From an uncultured Acidobacteriota bacterium (GTDB taxonomy: Bacteria > Acidobacteriota > UBA6911): a DNA stretch of 64,000 nucleotides. Shown here in pieces: positions 28,257 through 39,448 of this stretch. The stretch spans positions 96,001 to 160,000 of the forward strand of contig CAWJKZ010000014.1 of assembly GCA_963843575.1 (NCBI GenBank). The letters run 5' to 3'. The position numbers and the translations under genes are program-made. Every line of letters begins with the position of its first letter. The stretch's first letter is position 1. Below the pieces are notes generated by a model. It ran no database searches. It saw only the letters and a program-made list of their open reading frames with translations, and had not been told where the DNA came from.

Positions 28257-29660
28257 TTGAGCAATGACTCCGTTGTGCACGATGTAGCCGTGGTCGGCAG
28301 CGGCCCGGGAGGGTATGTGGCCGCCATCAAAGCCAGCCAGCTCGGACTCAAAGTCGCCCTGATTGAAAAATACGGGAAATTCGGCGGTACCTGTCTCCAC
28401 TGGGGCTGCATTCCGACAAAAGCACTGCTGCTCAACGCCGAACTCTGGGAGCGGGCGCTCAACGGCAAAGAATTCGGGATCCTCTACAAGGACATCAACC
28501 TGGATTTCCGACTTGTGAAGGCCCGCAAGGACAAAATCGTGAAGAAGTTGGCGATGGGCACCGACTTCCTCATGAAAAAGAACAAGGTCGTCACCGTGCG
28601 CGGCAAAGCGACATTGTCCTCTCCCGGGACGCTGCAGGTCGAGGGTGAATCGGCTAGCGAGGTCCGGGCGAGGAACATAGTGCTGGCGACCGGTTCGGAG
28701 GCCAAGCTGTTCCCAGGCCTGGAGGTCGACGGCCAGGCGATCGTTACGAACAAAGAGATACTGGACCTGGACGCCATCCCCAAGTCGCTGCTCGTGGTGG
28801 GCGCGGGGGCCGTCGGGATCGAGTTCGCCTCCATCTTCGCGCGTTTCGGCACGGAGGTCACCGTCGTCGAGATGCTGCCGCGGGTGCTGCCCATCGAAGA
28901 CCCGGACATCTCGGAGGAGCTCCGCAAGGTGCTGACCAAGAGGAGGATGAAAATCCTGACGAATGCACGCCTGGAGAATCTCGCAGTCCTGGACGGTAAG
29001 GTGCAGGCCGTCGTCGCGGTGGCCGGAAGCGAGCCCAAGACCATAACGACGGACAAGGCGCTCATCGCGGTGGGGCGCAGGCCGGTGACGGATGGGATCG
29101 GCCTGGAACGCCTCGGGGTCGCGACCGCGCGCGGGTTCGTCACGGTGGATACCAGGATGCGGACCAGCGTGGCAGGCGTCTATGCGATTGGCGACGTCGT
29201 GCCGACGCAGCAACTGGCGCACGTCGCCTCGCACGAGGGGATGCTGGCGATGCGTGAGATAGCCGGCCAGGACCCCGATCCCCTGAACTACGACCTGGTC
29301 CCGAGCTGCACCTACTGTTCGCCGGAGGTGGCGAGCGTCGGACTCACGGAGAGCACCGCACGGGAGCGCGGCTACGAGGTGGTCACGTCCAGGTTCCCAT
29401 TCGCGGCCGTGAGCAAGGCGACGATCCTCGGCGAGAACGAGGGGTTCGTCAAGCTGGTGTGCGACGCCAAGTACAAGCAGGTGCTCGGCGTGCACATGAT
29501 CGGTCCGCATGTCACCGAACTCGTGGGAGAAGCCACGGCGATCATCGGGCTGGAAGCTACCGCGGAGGACGTCTCGCACCTGATCCATGCGCACCCGACG
29601 GTTTCCGAAGGGATCATGGAGGCCGCCCACGCCATCTACGGAAGCGCGATTCACTTCTGA
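28257..29660 (+). CDS. lpdA: Dihydrolipoamide dehydrogenase (E3)
   Basis: GSGPGGY; GGTCLHWGCIPTK; HAHPTVSE. Confidence 0.97.
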   Translation: MSNDSVVHDVAVVGSGPGGYVAAIKASQLGLKVALIEKYGKFGGTCLHWGCIPTKALLLNAELWERALNGKEFGILYKDINLDFRLVKARKDKIVKKLAMGTDFLMKKNKVVTVRGKATLSSPGTLQVEGESASEVRARNIVLATGSEAKLFPGLEVDGQAIVTNKEILDLDAIPKSLLVVGAGAVGIEFASIFARFGTEVTVVEMLPRVLPIEDPDISEELRKVLTKRRMKILTNARLENLAVLDGKVQAVVAVAGSEPKTITTDKALIAVGRRPVTDGIGLERLGVATARGFVTVDTRMRTSVAGVYAIGDVVPTQQLAHVASHEGMLAMREIAGQDPDPLNYDLVPSCTYCSPEVASVGLTESTARERGYEVVTSRFPFAAVSKATILGENEGFVKLVCDAKYKQVLGVHMIGPHVTELVGEATAIIGLEATAEDVSHLIHAHPTVSEGIMEAAHAIYGSAIHF

Positions 29661-29667
29661 GGGAACG

Positions 29668-30387
29668 GTGACCGGGTCCGCCAAGGTCTGCTACGCCGTC
29701 CGGGTCGGGTGTGTCGAGTATGCGCGGGCGCTCGACCTGCAGATGCGCATCTGCGAGTTGAAGAGGAAAGGGTTTGGCGAGGACGTCCTGCTCCTGCTGG
29801 AGCATCCCCACACCATAACCCTCGGACGCAACGGCGACTGGCACAACCTCCTCGTATCCGACGAGGTGTTGCGGGTCCGGGGGGTGAGCCGCCACGAGGT
29901 CGACCGGGGCGGGGACATTACCTACCATGGCCCGGGGCAGCTCGTCGGATACCCGCTACTTCAGCTCGAACGACGGGAGCAGGATGTGCACCAGTATATG
30001 CGGAACCTGGAGGAGACGCTCATCCGGGCGCTCGCGGACTTCGGGATAGACTCCGGACGCCGCCACGGGTACACAGGCGTCTGGACGGCGCAGGGCAAGA
30101 TTGCGGCCATGGGGGTCCACATCAGTCGCTGGATAACGAGGCACGGCTTTGCCCTAAACGTGACGACAGACCTCTCGCTTTACGACCTCATCGTCCCCTG
30201 CGGGATTGCCGGAAAGGGCGTGGCGTCGATGGAGTCAATCCTCGGGCGCAACGTCGACCTGGAGGCCGTGGCGTCGAGGGTGGCGCTGCGGTTCGCCGAG
30301 GCGTTCCGGCGGGAGGTCGTCTGGATTCCCAGCGGCGGTTTGCAGGAAAAGCTGGACGGCTATGCTCGCGAAATCGCAACTGCGTGA
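29668..30387 (+). CDS. lipB: Lipoyl(octanoyl) transferase
   Basis: EHPHTITLGR; RGGDITYHGPGQLVGY; KIAAMG; HGFALN; IVPCG. Confidence 0.95.
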   Translation: MTGSAKVCYAVRVGCVEYARALDLQMRICELKRKGFGEDVLLLLEHPHTITLGRNGDWHNLLVSDEVLRVRGVSRHEVDRGGDITYHGPGQLVGYPLLQLERREQDVHQYMRNLEETLIRALADFGIDSGRRHGYTGVWTAQGKIAAMGVHISRWITRHGFALNVTTDLSLYDLIVPCGIAGKGVASMESILGRNVDLEAVASRVALRFAEAFRREVVWIPSGGLQEKLDGYAREIATA

Positions 30388-31327
30388 CCTGTACTACTGG
30401 CTTCACCTGAACCGAGCCGTCGACGACCGTCTGGCGACGCTCTACCGGACAGGCAAGGCGGTCGGCGGCGTCTACACGGGCCGCGGGCAAGAGGCGATTT
30501 CCGTCGGGACCGCCTATGCGCTGCAGGACGGTGACGTGGTCGCCCCGATGATCCGGAACTGCGGCGCGCTGCTCGTGCGCGGAATCCCGGCACGCGAGCT
30601 CCTGGCGCAGTGCATGGGCCGCAGTTCGACACCCACCCGGGGACGCGACGGCAATCCCCACGTGGGCGACCTGCGTCGGGGCATCATCGCCCCGATCAGC
30701 ATGCTTGGCGCGCTGGTGCCTGTCGCGGCCGGGGCGGCGCTCGCGATGAAGATGCGGCGCGACAATAAGGTGGCGCTCACCTACATCGGCGACGGCGGCA
30801 CGAGCACCGCCGATTTCCACGAGGGACTGAACCTCGCTGCGGTCCGCAGGCTGCCTCTGGTCGTGGTCATCGAGCACAACGGCTGGGCCTATTCCACACC
30901 GACTCGGTTGCAGACGGCCTGCACCGAGTTCATTACGCGGGCGCGCGGCTACGGGGTGCCCGGGTTCGACGTCGACGGGAACGACGTGCTGGCGGTGTAC
31001 GACGCCGCCTGCGAAGCCTTCCGGATGGCACGCGAGGGCCGGGGGCCGGTGTTGATCTGCGCGGTCACCATGCGGATGAAAGGACACGCGGAGCACGACG
31101 ACGCCTGGTATGTGCCGAGGGATGAGCTCGAATTGTGGCGGGCCCGGGACCCGCTTGCGCGCTTCGAGCGCTACCTGGCCGACGGCAATTTCCTGTCGGA
31201 CAAGGAACGCGCTATGATTCTTGACAGGGTGCGGGCGGAGGTCGAGGAGGCCGCCCAACTTGCCGAAAAAAGCCCGCTTCCCGAAGGTTCGAGCGGTCGC
31301 GGTGGGGTGTATTGCGAGCCGGTGTAG
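30362..31327 (+). CDS. 2-oxoacid dehydrogenase E1 alpha subunit (copy 1)
   Basis: GQEA; TPP motif GDGGTS...EHN; DGND; RMKGHAEHDD. Confidence 0.92.
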   Translation: MLAKSQLRDLYYWLHLNRAVDDRLATLYRTGKAVGGVYTGRGQEAISVGTAYALQDGDVVAPMIRNCGALLVRGIPARELLAQCMGRSSTPTRGRDGNPHVGDLRRGIIAPISMLGALVPVAAGAALAMKMRRDNKVALTYIGDGGTSTADFHEGLNLAAVRRLPLVVVIEHNGWAYSTPTRLQTACTEFITRARGYGVPGFDVDGNDVLAVYDAACEAFRMAREGRGPVLICAVTMRMKGHAEHDDAWYVPRDELELWRARDPLARFERYLADGNFLSDKERAMILDRVRAEVEEAAQLAEKSPLPEGSSGRGGVYCEPV

Positions 31328-31346
31328 CATTTCCGGGTTTTAGGGG

Positions 31347-32375
31347 ATGAGGATGATTGAGAATCGAGCCGGCGTGCTGCTAAGCGGTCTGCCCGTGCAG
31401 TCCGTCGACCGCGAAACACACAGGCGCATGTTTTACTACATGGTTCTGACCCGGGAGCTCGAGGATCGCATTGAACGGAAACTGTACCGGCAGGGCAAGA
31501 TCGTCGGCGGCGTCTACGTCGGACGAGGCCAGGAGGCCATCGGCGTCGGATCGGCCATTCAGACCCGTCCGCAGGACGTGATCTGCCCGTCGCACCGCGA
31601 CATGGGGGCTTTCCTGATCCGGGGGATGACCCCTGCCCGCGTCCTGGCGCAGTACATGGGCCGCAAGGACGGCTACACGCGCGGGCGCGACGGCAATATG
31701 CACATGGGGGATCTCAGCCTGAATATCATCGCCTTCGTCAGCATGCTGGCCGACAACGTCCCGGTCGCGGCCGGAGTTGCCCTCTCGGCCAGGATTCGGC
31801 GCGAGGACCGCGTGGTCCTCTGCTATTTCGGTGATGGCGCCACGAGTCGCGGGGACTGGCACGAGGGCCTGAATTTCGCCGCCGTTCAGCGTCTGCCGGT
31901 CGTCTATATCTGCAACAACAACGAGTACGCCTATTCGACGCCGCTCGAGCTGCAGATGGCGGTGGAAAACGTCGCCGACCGGGCCGTGGCTTACGGGATC
32001 CCGGGGGAAATCGTCGACGGCAACGACGTGCTGGCCGTTTACGATGCGACGCGGCGCGCCGTGGAACGCGCCCGCGCCGGGTACGGACCGACACTCCTGG
32101 AGTGCAAGACCTTCCGCATGACCGGGCACTCCGCGCACGACGATGCGGGATACGTACCGAAGGTGAAGTTCGAAGAATGGGAGAAGCGGGATCCAATCTA
32201 CCGGTACCAGGAAACCCTCGTCGACGGGGAAATCATGACCCTGGACGAAATCGGTGAGATGCACCGCGCCGTGGTTGAAGAGGTCGATCGCGCCGTCGAC
32301 TGGGCTTCGGCCGACCCCTATCCCGAACCGGAGGACTGTCTCACCGGCGTGTATCATGAACAGCGGGCCGGCTGA
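31347..32375 (+). CDS. 2-oxoacid dehydrogenase E1 alpha subunit (copy 2)
   Basis: GQEA; GDGATS...CNNN; DGND; RMTGHSAHDD. Confidence 0.93.
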   Translation: MRMIENRAGVLLSGLPVQSVDRETHRRMFYYMVLTRELEDRIERKLYRQGKIVGGVYVGRGQEAIGVGSAIQTRPQDVICPSHRDMGAFLIRGMTPARVLAQYMGRKDGYTRGRDGNMHMGDLSLNIIAFVSMLADNVPVAAGVALSARIRREDRVVLCYFGDGATSRGDWHEGLNFAAVQRLPVVYICNNNEYAYSTPLELQMAVENVADRAVAYGIPGEIVDGNDVLAVYDATRRAVERARAGYGPTLLECKTFRMTGHSAHDDAGYVPKVKFEEWEKRDPIYRYQETLVDGEIMTLDEIGEMHRAVVEEVDRAVDWASADPYPEPEDCLTGVYHEQRAG

Positions 32376-32426
32376 GATTTCGCTGCCCGGCTGCCATCCG
32401 GACCAGAAAAGCAGAGGGAACTTGCG

Positions 32427-33402
32427 TTGAGCCAGACGACATACCTGGAGGCCATCCGGCAGGGAATCTGGGAAGAAATGGAACGCGACGAGCGCGTTTT
32501 CCTCCTCGGCGAGGACGTCGGAACCTACGGGGGGGCGTTCAAGGTGACCCAGGGGATGCTGGAGCGCTTCGGCCCGGACCGCGTCCTCGACACACCGATC
32601 TGCGAGTCCGCCATCGTCGGCGCGGCGATCGGGGCGTCCTACATGGGGATGCGACCGGTCGCGGAGATGCAGTTCATCGACTTCATCTCCTGCGCCTTCG
32701 ACCAGATCACGAACTTTGCCGCCAAGTCGCGTTACCGCTGGGGCGCCGGCGTGCCGATCGTCATCCGCGGACCTTCCGGCGGCGGCGTGCACGGCGGCCC
32801 CTTCCACTCGCAGAACCCGGAGATGTACTACGTGCACACGCCCGGCCTGAAGGTCGTGGCGCCGTCGACCGCCTACGATGCCAAGGGGCTGATCAAGTCG
32901 GCGATCCGAGACGACGACCCGGTGATCTTCCTCGAACACAAGTTCCTGTATCGCCGAATCAAGGAAGAACTTCCCTCGGCCGAGTTCACGGTGCCGATCG
33001 GGCAAGGCGGCCGTGCGCCGCAAGGGGAAGGACCTCACGGTCCTGACCTACGGGGCCATGGTGTACGTGGCGCTGGAGGCCGCGGCCGAACTCGCGCGCG
33101 AGGGCATCGAACTCGAGGTCATCGATCTGCGCAGCCTGCTGCCGCTCGACAAGGAGACGATCCTCGATTCGGTCAAGCGCAACAGCAAGGTCTTCATCCT
33201 GCACGAAGACACCCGGACCGGCGGCATCGCCGGCGAGATCACGTCCATCATCTGCGAAGAAGTGTTCGAGTACCTGGATGCCCCCGTCCTGAGGGTCACC
33301 GCTCCGGATACTCCGGTGCCTTACAGTCCGCCTCTGGAGGAGTTCTTTCTTCCAAAGGTTTCCGATGTGTTGAACACGGCTCGAAGGCTCGCCGCGTACT
33401 GA
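32427..33402 (+). CDS. 2-oxoacid dehydrogenase E1 beta subunit; +1 frameshift near 33001
   Basis: LGEDVG, DTPICE, EMQFIDF, HSQ; continues in ORF 33013..33402 (IDLRSLLPLD); extra G in a GGG run. Confidence 0.92.
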
Positions 33403-33447
33403 AAGGCGGGCATTCCGGCCACAGCCAGCGAGGAGATCCACGAACTC

Positions 33448-34990
33448 ATGCCGACCAATGTGATCATGCCCCAGATGGGGGAGTCCATATTCGAAGGCAC
33501 CATTACGAAATGGTTGAAGAAGGTGGGTGACAGGGTAGCCCGCGACGAGCCGCTCTTCGAGATCTCCACGGACAAGGTGGACTCGGAAATTCCTTCGCCT
33601 GCAGCCGGCGTCCTGAGCGAGATCCTGGTCCAGGAAGGCAAGACCGTTCAGATCAACACCGTCGTCGCGGTCATCGACGGCGAGCGGGCCGAGACAATTC
33701 CGGCGGCCCCGCCGGCAGCCGGAGCCGCCGAGCCGGCCATCCCCGCCGAGCCCGCTGTACCCGAGCCGGCGCCTCCCCCGCCCGAGCCGGCGCCTCCCCC
33801 GCCCGCGCCGGAGACGGCGGAGCCCGCGGCGGCCATCCCCGTCGACCAGCGCACCGTCGAAACCAAACCGCTTCTCGAAGCAGGAGCAGCAGGCCACCGT
33901 CGCGCAGGAAGGCCCTCGGAGGCGGGAGGAGCCGCCTGTGCGGGTGGAGGCTGCACCGCCGGCAGCCGAGCGTGCTGCTGCCCCGGCGGCTCCGGGGCTC
34001 GAGCCCCACGACGTCCGCACTTCGCCCTTGGTGCGGCGGCTGGCCCGTGAGCACGGCGTGGATCTCACTCAGGTGCGTGGCACGGGGGCCGAAGGGCGCA
34101 TCACTCGGCAGGACATGGAGGACTACATCCGGCACAGGGAGGGACCGGCCCCGACGGCCGCACCCGCCGTGGAAATTCCGGGCCGCCCGGCCGCGGAGGG
34201 ATTGCGCCCCGTTCCTCCGCCTCGCCCCGCGCCTCCGGCCCCCGCCGCCCCACCCCCGGCGCCCGCCCCGACCGGCGCGGAAATGCCGCGTTTCCTGGGG
34301 GACGCCGAGACGGTGCCGATGACAGCGATGCGCAAAGCCATCGCAGAGCACATGGTGTTCAGCAAGCGCACCTCGGCCCATGTCAACACGATTTTCGAAG
34401 TGGATATGACCCCCGTGGTGGGCCTGAGGGAAATGCACAAGGTTGAGTTCGAAAAGCGGGAAGGGGTGAAGCTGACATACACCCCGTTTTTCGTGAAAGC
34501 GCTGGTCGACACGGTCCGTGAGTTCCCGGTGGTGAACTCGTCCGTGTCGGGCGACAACGTCGTATTCAAGAAGCCGGTGAATGTCGGAATCGCCGTTGCG
34601 CTCGACACCGGGCTCATTGTCCCGGTGGTGCGGGACGCGCACCTGAAATCGTTCACCGGGCTCGCGCTGGCCATCCACGATGTGGCGGAGAAGGCACGCA
34701 GCAAGCGGCTGCGGCCCGACGACGTGCAGAACGGGACGATCACGATCACAAACCCCGGGATCTACGGGTCCCTGTTCGGCACGCCCGTGATCAATCAGCC
34801 GCAGGTCGCCATTCTCGGAGTCGGCGGGATCGAGAAGCGGCCCGTCGTGATCAACGACGCCATCGCGATACGGTCGATGGTCTACCTGTCGCTTTCGTTC
34901 GACCACCGGGTCATCGACGGCGCCGTCGCCGATCAGTTCATGTCCCGCCTGAAGCAGCGCATGGAGACCTGGAGCAGCTGGGTCGACTAG
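33448..34990 (+). CDS. Dihydrolipoamide acyltransferase (E2); frameshift near 33870
   Basis: Lipoyl domain STDKVDSE; Pro/Ala linker; E3-binding SPLVRRLA...GTGAEGRI; catalytic FDHRVIDG. Confidence 0.93.
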
Positions 34991-35010
34991 TCCTCTCGAA
35001 ATCGCTGAGA

Positions 35011-35044
35011 CCCGGGAGGCGAGTCCAGCAGCTCGCCTCCCGGG
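35011..35044. terminator. Hairpin between convergent genes, probable terminator
   Basis: Perfect 13-bp inverted repeat CCCGGGAGGCGAG / CTCGCCTCCCGGG with an 8-nt loop; no T-tract. Confidence 0.55.
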
Positions 35045-35107
35045 CGAGCAGCACCCGGTACTCGCCGGCACCGAAGGATCGGGAAACACCGGCGCCCGGT
35101 TGCACGA

Positions 35108-37121
35108 TCAGGCGTCGATAGCGTCTGCCAGGATTTCAGCCACATCCCGGACCTGCACCGATTCCTCGGCGTCTTTGGCCTTGACGCCGTCGGTCATCAT
35201 CGTCATGCAAAACGGGCACGCCGTGGCGATCGTTCGAGGGGCCAGCCGCGAGCGCTTCCTCCGTGCGCTCGACGTTGACGCGCTTCCCGACGGTCTCTTC
35301 CATGAACATCCTGGCGCCGCCGGCGCCGCAGCAGAAACCGCGGTCGCGCGAGCGAGGCATCTCGACGAGGTCCGCACCGGTGGTCAGCGAGCAGCGCGCG
35401 GGCGCGTCGTAGATGCCGTTGTAGCGGCCGATGTAGCAGGAATCGTGGAAGGTCGCCTTTTCCCGGGCCTCCTTGTTCGATCTTCAGCTTTCCCGAACGC
35501 ACCAGTTCGCTCGAGCAGGACGGTAGTGGTGCACGACCTCGTAGTTGCCGCCGAACTGGGGATATTCGTTCTTGAGAGTGTTGTAGCAGTGCGGGCAGGC
35601 GGTGACGATTTTCGCCACCTTGTATCGGTTCAGGGTCTCGACGTTCTCCGCGATGAGCATCTGGGCCAGGTACTCGTTTCCCGCGCGCCGGGCCGGGTCG
35701 CCGTTGCACTTCTCCTCTGTGCCGAGGATCGCGAAGCTTACGCCGGCGGCGTTGAGCAGCTTCACCATGGCGCGGCGAGACCTTCTCGTAGCGCTTGTCG
35801 TAGGAACCTGCGCAGCCGACCCAGATACAAAATGTCTACCTTGCCGTCCGACCTCGGCCATGGTCTTGACGTCCAGTCCCTTGGCCCAGTCTGCGCGGGA
35901 TTCGTGGCTGAATGCCCAGGGGGTGAAGTTTGTTTCGAGGTTTTTGAAGGTGTTGGTCAGTTCCGGGGGGAAGCGGGATTCGTTCAGAACCAGGAAGCGG
36001 CGCATGTCCATGATCGCGGGGACATGTTCGATCATGACCGGGCATTCCTGCATGCAGGCCCGGCAGGTCGTGCAGGCCCAGAGTTCCTGCTTCGGTGACG
36101 AAGTTGTCGAGCAGCCGGTGCTCGGCGCGTCTCCTTTTGCTGTTCCTGCGGACCCGGCCAGCACGATCGGGCGCGACTTCGGCCGTCCGCTGGCGGATGT
36201 TCATGATGATCTTGCGCGGGCTGAGCAGCCTTGCCGGTGTTGTTCGCCGGGCATGCGGCCGTACACCGGCCGCAGTCCGTGCAGGTGAATCCGTCCAGAA
36301 GCTGCTTCCAGGTGAGGTCCGTCACGTCGTCTGCGCCGAACTTCACGGCGTTTTCATCCTCGAGGTTGAGTTTCGAGAGCCGCGCCCCGCGGCTGCAGGG
36401 ACGCGAAGTAGACGTTGGGAAGCGAGGTGAGTACGTGCAGGTGCTTCGAGTAGCGGGAGGTAGTTCAGAAAGCCGAGCACCACCAGTATGTGGACCCACC
36501 AGAAGATCTCGAACCAGACACCGACGTTTCCGGTGCCCGACGAACAGTCCGGCCAGCGGCACGACGAGACGAAGCGGACGTGCTGCACTTCGCCGTCGAG
36601 CAGCATGCGGGTGGCGTTGGCGCCAAACATCGATACAATGACCGTCAGGATCAGGGAGAGGATCAGGGTGGCGTCGCAGCCGCACGTGCCCCGTGATCTC
36701 CGGGTCCGAAGTATCTGCGCGGGCGGAACGACGTACCAGCGGACACAGGGCGACGACGCAGGACAGGACGACCAGGATCCCGATCGTCTCCTGCAGGAGC
36801 GGCGAGGGGCGGAAAGACGGTCCGAGCGCCGCCAGCGTGAAACCGGGAACGAGACCCTCGACGATCGCCTCCAGGACGGCGCTCAGAAGGATGACGAAGC
36901 CCCAGAAAATGAAAAAATGCATCAGCGCCGGCAAGCGGCTCGCGCAGGAGTTTGGACTGGCCGAAGGCGACCACCAGCACGTTCTTCAGTCCGTCGGCCG
37001 ACCTGGTCAGAGCGGTTGTCCCGTTTCCCGATGGACAGGGACTTGACAGCCGTATGGAGCTGAAGACAAAAAAGCCGAGAGCCGCGAGGAGCACGGCTCC
37101 GAATAGAGCGGCACGAATCAT
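35108..37121 (-). CDS. FadF-like membrane-anchored Fe-S oxidoreductase (heterodisulfide reductase-related, CCG domains); many frameshifts
   Basis: Fragments: TM region HFFIFWGF; [12 protein letters not shown]; [12 protein letters not shown]; [30 protein letters not shown]. Spread over many short ORFs. Confidence 0.85.
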
Positions 37122-37184
37122 AGAATCAGCCTCTGATCGGATTGAGGGTTGATGCGAGCTGCGGCTGTTGTACAGCAGCTGCGT

Positions 37185-38224
37185 TCAGTCGCAGACGGTC
37201 AGGACCACCTTCCCGAAGTGCTGCCGGGTTTCCAGCAGGGTCTGGGCCTGCGCCGCTTCGCGCAGGGGAGTACGCTCGATACGACAGGCCGGAGGTGCCC
37301 CTCGGTCGACCAGGGCGAGCACTTTCAGCAACTCGTGTTTGGATCCCATGTACGACCCCAGGATCGAGATCTGCTTGGCGAAAAGGTGCCGGAGATCGAT
37401 GCGCGCCGTCGTGGCCGGTGGTTGCGCCGCAGGTGACCAGGCGTCCATGCGGCGCAAGGCTGCTGACGCTGTCGTCCCAGGTCGCGCTCGCCGACGTGCT
37501 CGAACACAATGTCGACCCCGCGGCGCTGCGTGATCCTTTTCACCTCGTCGCGGATCTTCTGCCGCGAATGGTCGATCACGAAGTCCGCCCCTAGGGAGAG
37601 CGCCTTCTCGAGTTTCGCTTCCGATCCTGCAGTCGCGATCACGCGGGCGTGGAAGTACTTCGCGATCTGAATCGCCGCGCTGCCGACGCCGCTCCCTGCT
37701 CCCAGGATCAGGACATCGTCGCCCGGCCCTGATCCGGCACCGCGTCACCAGCATGTGCCAGGCGGTCGTGAACACCAGCGGGATGGCCGCGGCCTCGTGA
37801 AAATCCAGCCCCTCGGGAAACGGCAGTGCATTCACGTCCGGGCACCTTGACCAGTTCGGCATAACCCCCGTCGGAGAGGTAGCCGAGCACGGAGTAGCGC
37901 GGGCAGGAGTTGTCGTCGCCCTTCGTAGCAGGCCGCGCAATGCATGCAGCTGATCCCGGGATTGACCAGGGTCCGGTCGCCCGGTTTGACGGCGGTCACC
38001 CCGGGCCCCACGCTTTCTACGATGCCGGCGACATCGCTGCCGGAAATGTGCGGCAGCGGGAACTTCACGATGGGCAGCCCGCGGCGTTCCCAGATGTCGA
38101 GGAAGTTGAGCGCGCACGCCTTCACCCTGACGACGATCTCCCCTGGGCCGGGAGCGGGGTCGGGCGCGTCTTCGAAGCGAAGCTGATCTGTCCCGCCATG
38201 CTGGTGAAATCGGATCGCTTTCAT
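37185..38224 (-). CDS. Zinc-binding (medium-chain) dehydrogenase; several frameshifts
   Basis: MKAIRFHQHGG; PHISGSDVAG; structural Zn CMHCAAC; GRLVTCGATTG; C-terminal HFGKVVL. Confidence 0.87.
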
Positions 38225-38420
38225 AGTACACTATAATACAAGAGAGTCTCGGGTTTCAGCCACGATCTTGGCTGGTCCTAATGCGAAAAGCCTCGGGTCG
38301 GGACCCGCGCGTCCGGCGGGCCGGAAGCACGCGCAACCCTTGACCGGGCGCTCGATCGTAGGTATTCTGTTTCTTGCACTTACGCCCAAAAGCCGCCCGA
38401 ACCTGCCTTCTAGAATTGCT

Positions 38421-38449
38421 TTGCAAAAAAGCCGTTTGATAGGTAAGGT
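38421..38449 (+). promoter_or_regulatory. Putative sigma70 promoter of the nuo operon
   Basis: TTGCAA-N17-TAAGGT about 60 bp upstream of nuoA. Confidence 0.45.
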
Positions 38450-38511
38450 AGCACGGATTCAGAGCTTTGCGGCTTCCGGCCAGGCCGGTTTCGGTCAAGG
38501 AGAGTGTGCCT

Positions 38512-38964
38512 ATGGAGTCGAACTTTGCGAGCGTCCTGCTCTTCATGCTGGTTGCCCTCGCGTTTGTCGTCATCGGCCTCCTGCTTTCCAAGCTGATCCG
38601 GCCCAAGGGGACGCCCTCGCCGGACAAGCTCAGCACGTACGAGTGCGGCGAGACCCCCGTCGGGATAGCGTGGATCCAGTTCAATATACGGTTCTACGTC
38701 TTCGCCCTGATTTTCATCATTTTCGACGTGGAAATCATGTTCCTGCTGCCCTGGGCCGTCGTGTTCAAGACGCTGGGCATGTTCGCGTTCGTCGAGGGGC
38801 TGATTTTCATCGGGATCCTCGTCGTGGGGCTCGCGTACGTGTGGCGCAAGGGCGACCTGGAGTGGGTCAGGCCGGAGGATCTGCAGGAGATGACCGTCTC
38901 CACCCCTGCGGAGCCGAAGAGCGAGAAGGACCTGGAGGAAGTATATGGGAGTGCTGGACGGTAA
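38512..38964 (+). CDS. nuoA: NADH-quinone oxidoreductase subunit A
   Basis: KLSTYECG; FIIFDVE; WRKGDLEW; AAGGAG RBS. Confidence 0.95.
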   Translation: MESNFASVLLFMLVALAFVVIGLLLSKLIRPKGTPSPDKLSTYECGETPVGIAWIQFNIRFYVFALIFIIFDVEIMFLLPWAVVFKTLGMFAFVEGLIFIGILVVGLAYVWRKGDLEWVRPEDLQEMTVSTPAEPKSEKDLEEVYGSAGR

Positions 38965-39448
38965 GTTCGAGGAGAACGTGTTCATCACGTCCCTCGACTG
39001 GATATTGAACTGGGCGAGGTCCTCGTCGCCGTGGCCGATGTCTTTCGGTCTGGCCTGTTGCGCTATCGAGATGATGGCGACCGGAGCCTCGCGCTACGAC
39101 CTGGCCCGCTTCGGCGCCGAGGTGTTCCGGGGAAGCCCACGCCAGGCGGACATCATGATCGTTGCCGGCACCGTCACGTTGAAGATGGCGACTCGCATCA
39201 AGCGGCTGTACGAGCAGATGCCCGAACCGAAGTACGTGATCTCCATGGGGAGCTGCTCCAACAATGGCGGGCCTTACTGGCAGCACGGATACCATGTCCT
39301 CAAGGGCGTCGACGAGATTGTACCGGTGGACGTCTTCGTGCCGGGCTGCCCGCCCCGGCCCGAGTCTCTGCTGGAAGGCTTGATGCTGCTGCAGAAGAAG
39401 ATCCGCCGGGAGACGATCGCCAAGAAACGGGAGGGTGTCAAGCCATGA
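38945..39448 (+). CDS. nuoB: NADH-quinone oxidoreductase subunit B (copy 2)
   Basis: [10 protein letters not shown]; SPRQAD; MGSC; PGCPPRPE. Confidence 0.96.
   Translation: MGVLDGKFEENVFITSLDWILNWARSSSPWPMSFGLACCAIEMMATGASRYDLARFGAEVFRGSPRQADIMIVAGTVTLKMATRIKRLYEQMPEPKYVISMGSCSNNGGPYWQHGYHVLKGVDEIVPVDVFVPGCPPRPESLLEGLMLLQKKIRRETIAKKREGVKP

Noticed and set aside
32990-33020. Programmed ribosomal frameshifting in E1-beta (also considered for nuoD, nuoC, nuoJ, E2, the MFPs and the permease)
   Set aside because: The breaks examined are single extra bases in short runs without slippery heptamers, scattered through unrelated conserved genes. Sequencing error is more parsimonious.
33760-33804. 21-bp tandem repeat CCCGAGCCGGCGCCTCCCCCG x2
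   Set aside because: Encodes the ordinary Pro/Ala-rich E2 linker.
37125-37183. Two adjacent imperfect inverted repeats between the dehydrogenase and the FadF-like gene
   Set aside because: Short and imperfect, no T-tract, and located in the most error-rich part of the sequence, so no function can be supported.
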